Shown here: in pieces, positions 1-9,317 of the stretch
Layout: each line of letters begins with the position of its first letter
How positions within the stretch are numbered: position 1 is the first letter of the stretch
Assembly: GCA_046758965.1 (NCBI GenBank)
Contig: JBHIBG010000007.1
Location: forward strand, 1 to 64,000
Direction of reading: 5' to 3'
Length of the DNA: 64,000 nucleotides
From: Candidatus Methylomirabilia bacterium
GTDB taxonomy: Bacteria > Methylomirabilota > Methylomirabilia > Rokubacteriales > CSP1-6
The notes under the pieces: model-generated
Database searches by the model: none
Seen by the model: only the letters and a program-made list of their open reading frames with translations
Told to the model about the DNA's origin: nothing
Program-made: the position numbers and the translations under genes

Positions 1-113
1 TTGAGGGGCTCGATGGCTCTTTTGTGTCGTCATTCGTGAATTTTCCAGGTTAGGGGTCACAGGCAGGGGACGGAGGCAGCGAAAAACCTGACGACACGAG
101 GAGGAGAACCGAC

Positions 114-695
114 ATGTTGGACGAGATCATTCCCGCCCGGGAGGGCAGAGCATTCGAGTTACGGACCGGTCAGCGGCTGAAGATCCTGGATACGCAGGGC
201 CAGCAGGTGGCGGACTTCATTGCCTTCAACCTCTACAACCTGGACGAGTTCCTCTCCGTGTGCCACACGCGCGGGATGCTGGGGAACCTCCGGCCGCAGC
301 AGGGCCGACCCCTCTACACCAACCTCCGCAACCCGATCTTCCTCCTCGAGGAGGACACCGTAGGCATCCACGACATGCTGTTCGCCCCCTGCGATCGCAA
401 GCGCTATGCCCTGGACTACGGAGACCACAACCACCCCGGCTGCCGGGACAACCTGTACCAGGCCCTGGGCGGCCGGATCCCCTACTCCCGGATCCCGGAC
501 ACCATCAACTGGTTCATGCACGTTCCGTGGACCCCCGACGGCAGCTTCGCCATCGCCGAGCCACGTTCCAAGGCGGGGGATTACGTTTTGCTGCGCGCCG
601 AGATGGACGCCCTGGTCGCCGTCTCCGCCTGCCCGCAGGACAAAAACCCGTGTAATGCCTTCAAGCCCACGGAGCTGCGCGTCCAGATCGTCTGA
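114..695 (+). CDS. Urea carboxylase-associated family protein (DUF1989)
   Basis: GxQVADF, HDMLFAPCD, GCRDNL, SACPQD..PCN motifs typical of DUF1989; GAGGAG RBS upstream. Confidence 0.9.
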   Translation: MLDEIIPAREGRAFELRTGQRLKILDTQGQQVADFIAFNLYNLDEFLSVCHTRGMLGNLRPQQGRPLYTNLRNPIFLLEEDTVGIHDMLFAPCDRKRYALDYGDHNHPGCRDNLYQALGGRIPYSRIPDTINWFMHVPWTPDGSFAIAEPRSKAGDYVLLRAEMDALVAVSACPQDKNPCNAFKPTELRVQIV

Positions 696-699
696 CCCC

Positions 700-1671
700 T
701 CACTCGTGCCAGACGCGCGTGAGGTAGGCGATCCAGTTCAGGCCCATCACCTTCTCGATGCGGGAGGCCTTCCATCCGCGCTGCTCGAGGGCCGCGGTGA
801 GGTTCGGGGTCTCCTCGATGCGCTCGATGCCCTTGGGGTTCTTGACCTCGCCGAACTGGGTGAGCAACCGCGCGTAGCCCTTGTCCCGGGTGATCCACTC
901 GAAGAACGGCTCGCCGTAGCCCTGCGTGAAGTCGGTCCCGTAGCCGACGTGGTCCTCGCCGCACCGATTGACCATCCACTCGATGATCTCGGCGTAGTCG
1001 TCCACCGTTGAGGCGGTCCCTTTGGGGAGGAACGCCGGGAACATGGTGACCCCGATGAGCCCGCCTCTGCCGGCGACCGCCCTGAGCTGGCGCGTCTCCT
1101 TGTTGCGCGGGTGGACCTTCAGCTCGCTCGGCAGCACGTGCGAGAACACGACGGGCTCCCGCGACGCGGCGATCGCCTCGTCGCTCGTCTTCACGCCGAC
1201 ATGTGACAGGTCCACGGCGATGCCCACGCGGTTCATTTCTGCGATGACCTCGCGCCCGAAGTCGGAGAGCCCCGAATCGCGGCTCTCGTAGCAGCCGCTC
1301 CCGATAAGGTTCTGGGTGTTGTAGGTGAGCTGGATGATGCCGACGCCGAGCTGCTTATAGAGCCCCAGGTAGTCGAGGCGATCCTCGATCGGGCTCGCGT
1401 TCTGGAAGCCGAGGACGATCCCGGCCTTCCCCGCGGCCTTGGCGGCGGCGATGTCGCTGGTCCGGCGCACCGGCGCGATCAGGTCGGCGTGACGGTCGAA
1501 CCACTGGAGCCACTGCGCGATGTTGTCAAGGGTCTGCCGGGCATTCTCCCACACCGCACAGGTGGCGTTGGCTGCTGCGATGCCTCCCTCGCGCAGCGCT
1601 TTGAACACCTCCGGCCCCCAGCGGGATACGATCAGCCCGTCGAACACGACCAGTTGCTCGTGCAAGCTCAT
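700..1671 (-). CDS. Membrane (renal) dipeptidase family M19-like protein
   Basis: IIQLTYN, GLSDFGREVIAEMNRVG, DLSH, FSH..HPRNK, GYGTDF, KVMGLNW motifs. Start moved to ATG 1671, which has a GAGGAG RBS. Confidence 0.88.
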   Translation of the reverse strand: MSLHEQLVVFDGLIVSRWGPEVFKALREGGIAAANATCAVWENARQTLDNIAQWLQWFDRHADLIAPVRRTSDIAAAKAAGKAGIVLGFQNASPIEDRLDYLGLYKQLGVGIIQLTYNTQNLIGSGCYESRDSGLSDFGREVIAEMNRVGIAVDLSHVGVKTSDEAIAASREPVVFSHVLPSELKVHPRNKETRQLRAVAGRGGLIGVTMFPAFLPKGTASTVDDYAEIIEWMVNRCGEDHVGYGTDFTQGYGEPFFEWITRDKGYARLLTQFGEVKNPKGIERIEETPNLTAALEQRGWKASRIEKVMGLNWIAYLTRVWHE

Positions 1672-1685
1672 CGTGCGGCTCCTCA

Positions 1686-2864
1686 TCAGCACATCAGCCA
1701 GTCACCGTAGGTGCCTCGGATCGGCTTCCCCTCGGCGAAGCGGGAGAGGCGGAAGGCCGAGATGTCCGACCCCGGTCGGGGCCCCTCGGCGATCCGCTCT
1801 GCCATCAGCTCGCCGACTGCCGGTGAGAGCTTGAAGCCGTGCCCCGAGAAGCCCACCGCGAGGTAGAACCCCTGCGGGCCGGCCTGGTCCAGGATCGGGT
1901 GCCAGTCTGGAGTCACGTCGAAGCAGCCCGCGTACCCCTTGGCCACGGCCCCGTGCTCCAGCACTGGAAATCGTCTGGCGGCCCGGCTCAGAGCATCCAG
2001 GGTCTCGTCGAAGGTGACGCCCTCCTGGTAGCCGTCTGGATCGGCGCGGTCGTGCATCTCCTCGGAGTCGAGGGCGCCCACCAGGATGAGGCCACCGGTC
2101 TCTGGGCGCGTGTAGATGTTCGTGACGAAGTCGTAGACGAGCGGATGCGGGCGGAGCGCCTCCTGAGGCCAGGCGATGAAGTTGATCTTGTGCCGGCAGA
2201 CCGTGATCGGGATCTCCAGGCCGACCATCCTGCCGATCCTGTCCCCCCAGGTCCCCGCGGCGTTGACCACGATGGGGGCGTCGATCTCGCTCCTGCTCGT
2301 CTTCACCCCCGCGATGCGGTCCCCTCGGGTCAGGAGCTCGAGGACCTCGGTCTGCTCCATGAACCTAACACCGAGCTCCCGTGCCGCCCCGGCGTATCCC
2401 TGGGTCGTCTGCGAGGGATCGGCGTATCCCGAGTCCGGCTCGTAGCACCCGGCCGTCAGGTCATCGGTCCTGAGCCGTGGCTCCAGCTCGCGGAGCTCGT
2501 CGGGAGACACCAGCCGGACGTTGATCCCCACCGACTGCTGGAGCGCCACCGAAGCCTCCATCTGTCGCCGGAGGCGGTCATCCACCCCCAGGAGGTAGCC
2601 CGTCCGAACGAAGGAGGCAGTCCGCCCTCCGGTCAGCTCCTCGAACTGCTCGAAGAACCGGAGCGACTTGAGGACCATCCGGCAGGTCTCCGGGGTGGAG
2701 TAGTGCTGCCGGACGCACGCCGAACTCTTTCCGGTTGCCCCCGAAGCCAGGAAGTGCTTCTCGACGAGGATCACGTCCCGAACTCCCCGCTTCGCCAGGT
2801 GATAGGCGATGCTCGCCCCGGTGGCTCCGCCGCCGATCACAACGACATTGGCTGTCAGTGCCAT
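1686..2864 (-). CDS. FAD-dependent oxidoreductase (DAO / sarcosine oxidase beta-like)
   Basis: VIGGGATG dinucleotide fold, GATGKSSA, DVTPDWHPILD, GFSGHGFKLSPAVG. Start ATG 2864 with AGGAG RBS. Confidence 0.9.
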   Translation of the reverse strand: MALTANVVVIGGGATGASIAYHLAKRGVRDVILVEKHFLASGATGKSSACVRQHYSTPETCRMVLKSLRFFEQFEELTGGRTASFVRTGYLLGVDDRLRRQMEASVALQQSVGINVRLVSPDELRELEPRLRTDDLTAGCYEPDSGYADPSQTTQGYAGAARELGVRFMEQTEVLELLTRGDRIAGVKTSRSEIDAPIVVNAAGTWGDRIGRMVGLEIPITVCRHKINFIAWPQEALRPHPLVYDFVTNIYTRPETGGLILVGALDSEEMHDRADPDGYQEGVTFDETLDALSRAARRFPVLEHGAVAKGYAGCFDVTPDWHPILDQAGPQGFYLAVGFSGHGFKLSPAVGELMAERIAEGPRPGSDISAFRLSRFAEGKPIRGTYGDWLMC

Positions 2865-3049
2865 GCGTTCGCTCCTTCCGCGCCTATCTCTTCGCCACGA
2901 TCCCCGCCTCCGCCGGAAGTGGAGCCACGATCTCGTAGTAGCGGGCCGCGCGCTCGGCGAGGAGCGGAGACGGCGAAGGCGACCCAGCTGTCTGGTTCGC
3001 ATGCCCCCGGCCCATTTCACTTCGCCCGGCGAGCTCCCATCATGCGGCG

Positions 3050-3078
3050 AGCATAGCCGTGTGGCAAGGCGCCGTCAA
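3050..3078 (-). promoter_or_regulatory. Sigma70-type promoter (minus strand)
   Basis: TTGACG-17 nt-TATGCT on the minus strand, pointing toward the FAD oxidoreductase. Confidence 0.6.
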
Positions 3079-3105
3079 CCGGGATCATGCAATCCTTACC
3101 CGTGC

Positions 3106-3134
3106 TTGACCGCTCCACCTCAGCGGGCTAAGCT
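3106..3134 (+). promoter_or_regulatory. Sigma70-type promoter
   Basis: TTGACC-17 nt-TAAGCT upstream of the amidohydrolase; divergent from the 3050-3078 promoter. Confidence 0.6.
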
Positions 3135-3266
3135 TGGCGTACCGTTTCCTGTCCTGGCGAGTGAAGGTCCGCTTCGGATACCTCATCGCCACAGCATCGT
3201 GAGGCGGCTGGTCTCGGTCGTACAGGTGTCCAGGTCGGAGGCGTCTCCGACCGAAAGAGGGATCCC

Positions 3267-4502
3267 GTGGCAATCACCGTTTTCACCAACTGCTTCCTGA
3301 TTGACTGTACGGGCCAGGACCCCCAGGAGGGCTTGGCCGTCGTCGTGGAGGACGAGCGCATTCGGGACGTCCTCCCCTCAGGTCGGGTCGGCCCGCTCAG
3401 GGGATCCGTGACCACCCTGGACCTCAGAGGGCTGACGCTGATGCCGGGCCTCACCGATGCCCACGTTCACGTGTGCGCCGTCGAGGCGAACATCCTCGAG
3501 CAGCACCGCCTGCTCCCGCCCAGCCTGGTCGCCGCCAAGGCGCTTCGGCGCATCGAGCAGGCGCTCATGCAGGGGTTCACCACCGTGCGGGATGCGGGCG
3601 GTGTGGACTCGGGCTTCAGGGAGGCGGTGGATCAGGGGATCGTGGCCGGCCCCCGCCTCCTGGTGAGTGGCCAGTTCCTCTCCCAGACCGGCGGGCATGG
3701 CGATGTACGCCGGCGAGCCGAGGCGATTCCTCCTGTCGAGGGCTGTCTCGGGATGATCGGGACGATCGCTGACGGCCCCGACGACGTCCGCAAGGCGGCT
3801 CGTGAGCAGATCCGCCGCGGGGCGGACCAGATCAAGGTCATGGCCTCGGGGGGCGCCATGTCCCCGTCGGACGAGCTGGAGACCACCCAGTACACGGTGG
3901 CCGAGCTCAGGGCCGCGGTGGAGGAGGCCGGCGCGGCGAAGACCTATGTGCTGGCCCACGCCTACTCGGGGGCGGCGGTGCGGAACGCCGTGCAAGCGGG
4001 CGTGCGCTCTATCGAGCACGGCAACCTCATTGACGAAGGTGCCGCGCGGGCACTGAAAGAGGCCGATGCCTTTCTGGTCCCCACGATGATCACCTACGAG
4101 GCGATCTGGCGAGAGGGGAAAGCTTACGGGATCGCCGAGCACCAGCTCCAGAAGATCAACACGGCCCGCGAGAAAAGCTTCGAGAGCCTGGCGCTGGCCC
4201 GAAGGGTAGGGGTCAAGATCGGCTCGGGCTCGGACCTCTTGGGTGGCATGATGGATTACCGCGCTCACGAGCTGGAGCTAAAGGCGCAGGCGCTGACACC
4301 GATGGAGGTGCTGGTGTCGGCCACCCGGACCAACGCTGAACTCTTCGGGATGGAGGATCGGATCGGGACGGTGGAACCCGGCAAGTACGCTGACCTCCTC
4401 GTCGTCAACGGGAACCCGCTGAGGGACCTTCGGATCTTTCAGAACTTGGACAGCCTGCTCCTGATCATGAAGGGCGGGGTCGTGTACAAGCGAACGCTCT
4501 AG
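3267..4502 (+). CDS. Metal-dependent amidohydrolase (Xaa-Pro dipeptidase-like)
   Basis: MPGLTDAHVH (HxH), GFTTVRDAGG, IKVMASGG, AHAY, SIEHG, GSD, GKYADL motifs. Confidence 0.92.
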   Translation: MAITVFTNCFLIDCTGQDPQEGLAVVVEDERIRDVLPSGRVGPLRGSVTTLDLRGLTLMPGLTDAHVHVCAVEANILEQHRLLPPSLVAAKALRRIEQALMQGFTTVRDAGGVDSGFREAVDQGIVAGPRLLVSGQFLSQTGGHGDVRRRAEAIPPVEGCLGMIGTIADGPDDVRKAAREQIRRGADQIKVMASGGAMSPSDELETTQYTVAELRAAVEEAGAAKTYVLAHAYSGAAVRNAVQAGVRSIEHGNLIDEGAARALKEADAFLVPTMITYEAIWREGKAYGIAEHQLQKINTAREKSFESLALARRVGVKIGSGSDLLGGMMDYRAHELELKAQALTPMEVLVSATRTNAELFGMEDRIGTVEPGKYADLLVVNGNPLRDLRIFQNLDSLLLIMKGGVVYKRTL

Positions 4503-4579
4503 CTGCCGAGCGACCTGTGTTGCTCCTCCCTATGTCGGAAGAGTTGGGCCGGCACTAACTCATTTCCCGGATCGCCAGC

Positions 4580-5812
4580 ATGAGCACGCCTTCGGCCCCG
4601 CTGGTGTGGAGCCTCTTGGTCTACGCCTGGGTCGCCAACTACATGGTCAGGATGGCTCTCTCTTCGCTGCTCCCCCCCATCATGGCCGAGCTCTCGCTCT
4701 CTTACACCAAAGCGGGCTTACTACTGTCGGCGTTCTTCTACGCCTACATGGCGATGCAGCTGCCGGCCGGCGTCCTGGGTGACCGGCTCGGGCGGAGGCG
4801 CGTCCTGCTCGGGGGACTTCTTCTCGGGGCTCTGGCATCACTCCTCACGGGTCTGGCCGGAGGTTTCCTCACCCTCTTCCTGGCCCGCCTGTTCACTGGC
4901 CTGAGTCAGGGGACCCTCTTCTCGAACGACCGGACCATCATCGCCACGTACACCCCGAAGGAAAAGATGGCGTTGGGTCAGGGGGTCTCCTTCTCCGGAC
5001 TCGGCCTGGGCACTGCGCTAGGGCTCTTTCTCGCGGGAACCCTCGGAGAGGTGATGCCCTGGCGCGGGGTCTTCGTGGCGTTCGCCCTCGCACCGCTGCT
5101 CGCGGCGCTCCTGCTCTGGCGGTTCATTTCCGAGCCCCCGCGGTCGACCGGGGCCTCCCGCCAAGGGTCGATTCGCGAAGTGGTCCGCCACCGGAACCTG
5201 TGGATCCTCGGGGCGGCAGGGATCATGCCGGTCTACATCCAGTTCGTTCTGGCCACGTGGGCCCCCCTCTTCTTTGCAGAGATCGGGGTGGGGGAGTTGG
5301 GACGCTCCGCGCTCTATGCGAGCCTCCAGGGACTCCCGGCGCCTTTCAGTCTCCTCGCCTTGGGATGGCTTGCCGATCGCGCTCACCGGAAAGGCATCAG
5401 CCGGAAAGTCGTGGTAGCGCTCACCATCGTGCTTGCGGGAGCTTCCTTCGCAGCGATGGGGTTCGTGCTGCACACGGGTGGCTCGCCGGCACTCCTCGCC
5501 GCCCTCATGCTCGCCACGAGCTTCTTCTTCTGGGGGGCGTGGGGCCCCATCTTCGCCATCTTGAGCGACGTGATTCCGGCCTCGTTCCTCGGCACCGCCT
5601 TTGGTCTCCTGAACCTCACCATCTTCGTGGGCGCGTTGGCCGGCCCGGTCTTCACCGGCTGGATGAAGGACATGACGGGCTCGTTCGCGTGGGGGTGTTA
5701 CGTGGGAGGGCTCGTCAGCGTGCTGGGAGCGGCGATCGCCCTGACGTTGCGACCCGACTCTCCTCCGCACGCCGTCCCCTCGGTTGCTGGGGCCGAAGAG
5801 CGGCGAGTATAA
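4580..5812 (+). CDS. MFS transporter
   Basis: About 12 hydrophobic segments; MFS motif A GVLGDRLGRRRV. Confidence 0.9.
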   Translation: MSTPSAPLVWSLLVYAWVANYMVRMALSSLLPPIMAELSLSYTKAGLLLSAFFYAYMAMQLPAGVLGDRLGRRRVLLGGLLLGALASLLTGLAGGFLTLFLARLFTGLSQGTLFSNDRTIIATYTPKEKMALGQGVSFSGLGLGTALGLFLAGTLGEVMPWRGVFVAFALAPLLAALLLWRFISEPPRSTGASRQGSIREVVRHRNLWILGAAGIMPVYIQFVLATWAPLFFAEIGVGELGRSALYASLQGLPAPFSLLALGWLADRAHRKGISRKVVVALTIVLAGASFAAMGFVLHTGGSPALLAALMLATSFFFWGAWGPIFAILSDVIPASFLGTAFGLLNLTIFVGALAGPVFTGWMKDMTGSFAWGCYVGGLVSVLGAAIALTLRPDSPPHAVPSVAGAEERRV

Positions 5813-5819
5813 TCGACCC

Positions 5820-7166
5820 GTGATCGCCCTCTGTCGCGTGGTAGTCGCGCTCCTGGTGCTCCTCGTGGGCGCTGGCCGGGCATCGGCCACCGAAGGTGTC
5901 CTGGAGGCTAGACTCGAGAACGGTCTCCGGATCCTCCTCCTTGAAGACCACCGGAGTCCCGTCGTCTCCTTCCAGATTTGGTACCGGGTCGGCTCGCGAA
6001 ACGAGCGGCCGGGGTCCACGGGCATCACCCACCTGCTGGAGCACATGATGTTCAAGGGAACATCCACCTACGGCCCCGGCGAGTACGCACGGCTGATCGA
6101 CCAGAATGGCGGCCAGGACAACGCCTTCACGAGCCGCGACCACACCTCGTATTTCGTCAACATTGCGGCGGACAGGATCGACCTGGTGCTGGCGCTGGAG
6201 GCGGACCGGATGCAGAACCTCCTCCTCGAGCCCCGGGCGATCGAGACCGAGCGCCAGGTGGTGATGGAGGAGCGGCGCACCCGGACGGAGGACGACCCGC
6301 AGGGATTCCTGGGGGAGGAACTGGCCGCCATCGCCTTCAAAGCTCACCCGTACCAGTGGCCCATCATCGGATGGATGGAGGACCTGAGACGGATCACGCC
6401 CGAGGAGATCCGAAACTTCTACCGAACCTACTACACCCCGAACAACGCGCTCATCGTCGCCGCCGGGGATTTCAAAGCTCCCGAGCTCCTGGAGAAGATC
6501 AAGCGGCAGTTCGGCGCCGTCCCGCGCGGTCCTGCTCCGCCACCGGTGACGGCAGTCGAGCCACCCCAGCAGGGCGAGCGCCGCGTCACGGTTCGGAAGG
6601 AGGCCCGGCTGCCCGCCGTGTATATCGGCTACCACGTGCCGAATTTCCGCTCGGCCGACGCGGCCGCTCTCGATCTCCTGTCCGTTGTCCTCTCAGGTGG
6701 GCGCGCCTCCCGACTCTGGAAGCGGCTCGTCTACGAGCAGCAGATCGCCCTGAGTGCCGGAGGAGACTACTCCTACTTCTCCGCTGACCCCAACCTGTTC
6801 TGGTTCTTCGCCACCCCCCTTCCCGGCCGGTCGCCCGAGGCCGTGGAGAGCGCGCTCACGCGAGAGGTCGAACGACTCAAAGCTCAACCGGTTTCAGAGA
6901 CCGAGCTGGCGCGGGCGAAGAATCAGATCGAGGCTTCGTTCGTGTTCGGGCAGGATTCGGTCCACCGGCGGGCAGCACTGCTAGCGCGCTTCGAGCTCAT
7001 CGGTGGCTGGCGGCTCCTGGATCAGTTCGTCCCCCGGGTGCGCGCCGTGACCGCTCAGGACCTCTCACGAGTCGCGCGGCGCTACTTCCTGGACGCGCGC
7101 CGGAACGTGGGAGTGCTCATTCCGATTCCGCCAGGCTCTCCGACGCCGCGATCGCAAGGGCAGTGA
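5820..7166 (+). CDS. M16 (pitrilysin/insulinase) zinc peptidase, catalytic subunit, with signal peptide
   Basis: HLLEH inverted zinc motif, NAFT, VVMEERR. Hydrophobic N-terminus. GTG 5820 lies 6 nt after TATAAT (5808-5813). Confidence 0.92.
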   Translation: MIALCRVVVALLVLLVGAGRASATEGVLEARLENGLRILLLEDHRSPVVSFQIWYRVGSRNERPGSTGITHLLEHMMFKGTSTYGPGEYARLIDQNGGQDNAFTSRDHTSYFVNIAADRIDLVLALEADRMQNLLLEPRAIETERQVVMEERRTRTEDDPQGFLGEELAAIAFKAHPYQWPIIGWMEDLRRITPEEIRNFYRTYYTPNNALIVAAGDFKAPELLEKIKRQFGAVPRGPAPPPVTAVEPPQQGERRVTVRKEARLPAVYIGYHVPNFRSADAAALDLLSVVLSGGRASRLWKRLVYEQQIALSAGGDYSYFSADPNLFWFFATPLPGRSPEAVESALTREVERLKAQPVSETELARAKNQIEASFVFGQDSVHRRAALLARFELIGGWRLLDQFVPRVRAVTAQDLSRVARRYFLDARRNVGVLIPIPPGSPTPRSQGQ

Positions 7167-8323
7167 ATCCCCCTGGCCGTCTCCGTATCGTCCGGGGCCT
7201 GCTCATCGGCCTCGGCGTCTTCCTCCTCGTGCTCGCCGGCTCGTACGGCGCCAGGGTGCTGAACTCCGGCTCTTCTGCCTCACTCGTCGTCTCCGGCACC
7301 ATCGAGGCCACTCAGGTGGCGGTGAGCGCCAAGTATGCCGGTCGCATCGCTGCCCTCCTGGTGCGGGAAGGAGAGCGGGTGCGGCTGGAACAGCTCCTCG
7401 TCCGGCTTGAGGACGAGGAGCTGAGAGCCGGAGTCCGGCGGAGCGAGGCGGCACTCAGGAGCGCCCAGGCCGAGCTCCGTGACCTCCTCGCAGGAGCCCG
7501 CAAGGAGGAGATCGACGAGGCCCGTGCGGCGGTCGAGCGGGCCAGGGCTCAGCTGGAGGATCTCCTCGCAGGTGCCCGTGCGGAGGAGCTTGAGGAGGCG
7601 CGGCAGACCCTCGGGAGTGCCACCGCCACCCGGGAGTGGGCGGAACGTGATTTCGGGCGGGCTCAGGAGCTCTTCGCCAAGGAGCTGGTTGCGGCCCAGG
7701 AGGTGGATCAGGCCCGCCGGGCATATGAGGTGGCGGTAGCCCAGCAGCGTGCGGCCAGCGAGCGGCTCGACCTCCTCCTGGCCGGGCCGCGGCCTCACCA
7801 GGTCCACGCCGCCCGTGCCCAGCTCAAAGCTGCCCAAGACCGGCTGAGTCTGCTTCTCGCTGGTGCGCGGCCCTACCGGGTCGAAGCCACGCGGGCTCAG
7901 GTGAGCCAGGCCGAGGCTGCTCTCGCCCTGGCCCGGAGCCGGATGAACGAAACCAGAATCATCGCTCCCATCACCGGCGTAGTGCTCAGGAAGAACCTCG
8001 AGATCGGGGAGACTGCCAACCCCGGCGTCTCGATCCTGAGCCTCGTGGACCCAAGCGACCTCTGGCTCCGCGCCTACGTCCCGGAGAGTGAGATCGGGCG
8101 GATCACGGTCGGCCAGCCGGCCCGGATTACGATCGACTCGTTTGAAGACCGCGCCTTCCCCGGGAAAATCATCGAGATCGCCTCGGAAGCCGAGTTCACC
8201 CCCAAGAATGTCCAGACGAAAAGGGAGCGCGCGAACCTGGTCTTTCGCATCAAGATCGGCGTGGAGAATCCCGAGGGGATCCTGAAGCCCGGGATGCCTG
8301 CCGACGCCGAGATCCTGTTCTGA
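7163..8323 (+). CDS. HlyD-family membrane fusion protein (YbhG-like)
   Basis: N-terminal TM, SGTIEA, coiled-coil hairpin, EAEFTPKNVQTK..R, LKPGMPADA. Confidence 0.9.
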   Translation: MNPPGRLRIVRGLLIGLGVFLLVLAGSYGARVLNSGSSASLVVSGTIEATQVAVSAKYAGRIAALLVREGERVRLEQLLVRLEDEELRAGVRRSEAALRSAQAELRDLLAGARKEEIDEARAAVERARAQLEDLLAGARAEELEEARQTLGSATATREWAERDFGRAQELFAKELVAAQEVDQARRAYEVAVAQQRAASERLDLLLAGPRPHQVHAARAQLKAAQDRLSLLLAGARPYRVEATRAQVSQAEAALALARSRMNETRIIAPITGVVLRKNLEIGETANPGVSILSLVDPSDLWLRAYVPESEIGRITVGQPARITIDSFEDRAFPGKIIEIASEAEFTPKNVQTKRERANLVFRIKIGVENPEGILKPGMPADAEILF

Positions 8324-8344
8324 AGGCAGGCGCGAGAAACCTCG

Positions 8345-9316
8345 ATGGCGGACTATGCGGTGGTGACGGATGGGCTGACGCGGCGGTTCGGCACCCTGGT
8401 TGCGGTGGACGACCTCAACCTGCGGGTGCGCGCCGGCGAGGTCTATGGCTTCCTGGGTCCCAACGGCGCAGGCAAATCCACCACGCTCCGGATGCTCTGC
8501 GGGATCCTGGAGCCGTCCGACGGGACGGGCACGGTGCTGGGCATCGACCTCCGCCGCGATCCCGAACGGGTGAAGTCGGTCATTGGCTACATGTCTCAGC
8601 GGTTCTCCCTCTACGACGACCTTACCGCGGAAGAAAACCTCACCTTCTACGCGCGCGTGTACATGGTGGTGCGCGCCGAGCGCGAGGGCCGGATTGCCCA
8701 GATGATCCGCCTGGCTGACCTGGTGGGACAGGAGAAGAAGCGCGCGGCCCATCTCTCCGGTGGCTACCGCCAGCGCCTGGCCTTGGCCTGCGCGATGGTT
8801 CACCGGCCCCGTCTGGTGCTCCTCGATGAGCCCACGGCCGGCGTGGATCCTGTCTCGCGGCGCAACTTCTGGGGCCTGATCCGGCGCCTCGTCGAGGAAG
8901 GGGTGACCGCCATGGTCACCACTCACTACATGGACGAGGCGGAGCTCTGCGACACCCTGAGCTTCATCTACCAGGGGAAACTGATCGCCCAGGGCGCGCC
9001 AGCCGAGATCAAGGCGACGGCGTTCAACAAGCCCGTGGTCGAGGTTGAGGTGGAGGGCCTCCGCCGCGCGACGGACCTGCTCGCGGAATGGGAGGCGGTG
9101 GAGGAGGCCGTCAAGGTGGGGCCCAAGCTCCGCCTCATCCTGACGGACGAGAGAGGAACCCCGGAGGCCGTGATGCGCTACCTGGAGGGGCACGGGATGA
9201 CAGGAGTGTCGGCCCGGGAGGTGGAACCCTCGGTGGAGGACCTGTTTGTCTCCTTTGTCGATGTCGAGCGGAAGGCCAGGCTCCGCGAGCAGCTCCGGGC
9301 CGTGACGAGCTGGTGA
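8345..9316 (+). CDS. ABC transporter ATP-binding protein (YbhF-like)
   Basis: Walker A GPNGAGKS, LSGG signature, LLDEPT Walker B, TTHYMDEAE. Confidence 0.95.
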   Translation: MADYAVVTDGLTRRFGTLVAVDDLNLRVRAGEVYGFLGPNGAGKSTTLRMLCGILEPSDGTGTVLGIDLRRDPERVKSVIGYMSQRFSLYDDLTAEENLTFYARVYMVVRAEREGRIAQMIRLADLVGQEKKRAAHLSGGYRQRLALACAMVHRPRLVLLDEPTAGVDPVSRRNFWGLIRRLVEEGVTAMVTTHYMDEAELCDTLSFIYQGKLIAQGAPAEIKATAFNKPVVEVEVEGLRRATDLLAEWEAVEEAVKVGPKLRLILTDERGTPEAVMRYLEGHGMTGVSAREVEPSVEDLFVSFVDVERKARLREQLRAVTSW

Positions 9317-9317
9317 G

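Noticed and set aside
1683..1691. Cys followed by TGA at the end of the FAD oxidoreductase as possible Sec readthrough
   Set aside because: Two consecutive TGA codons followed by the next gene's RBS; the domain is already complete, so this is an ordinary stop.
7440..7940. Repeated LLAGAR/LLAGPR segments in the HlyD protein
   Set aside because: Normal coiled-coil hairpin repeats of YbhG-like membrane fusion proteins, not a DNA repeat array.
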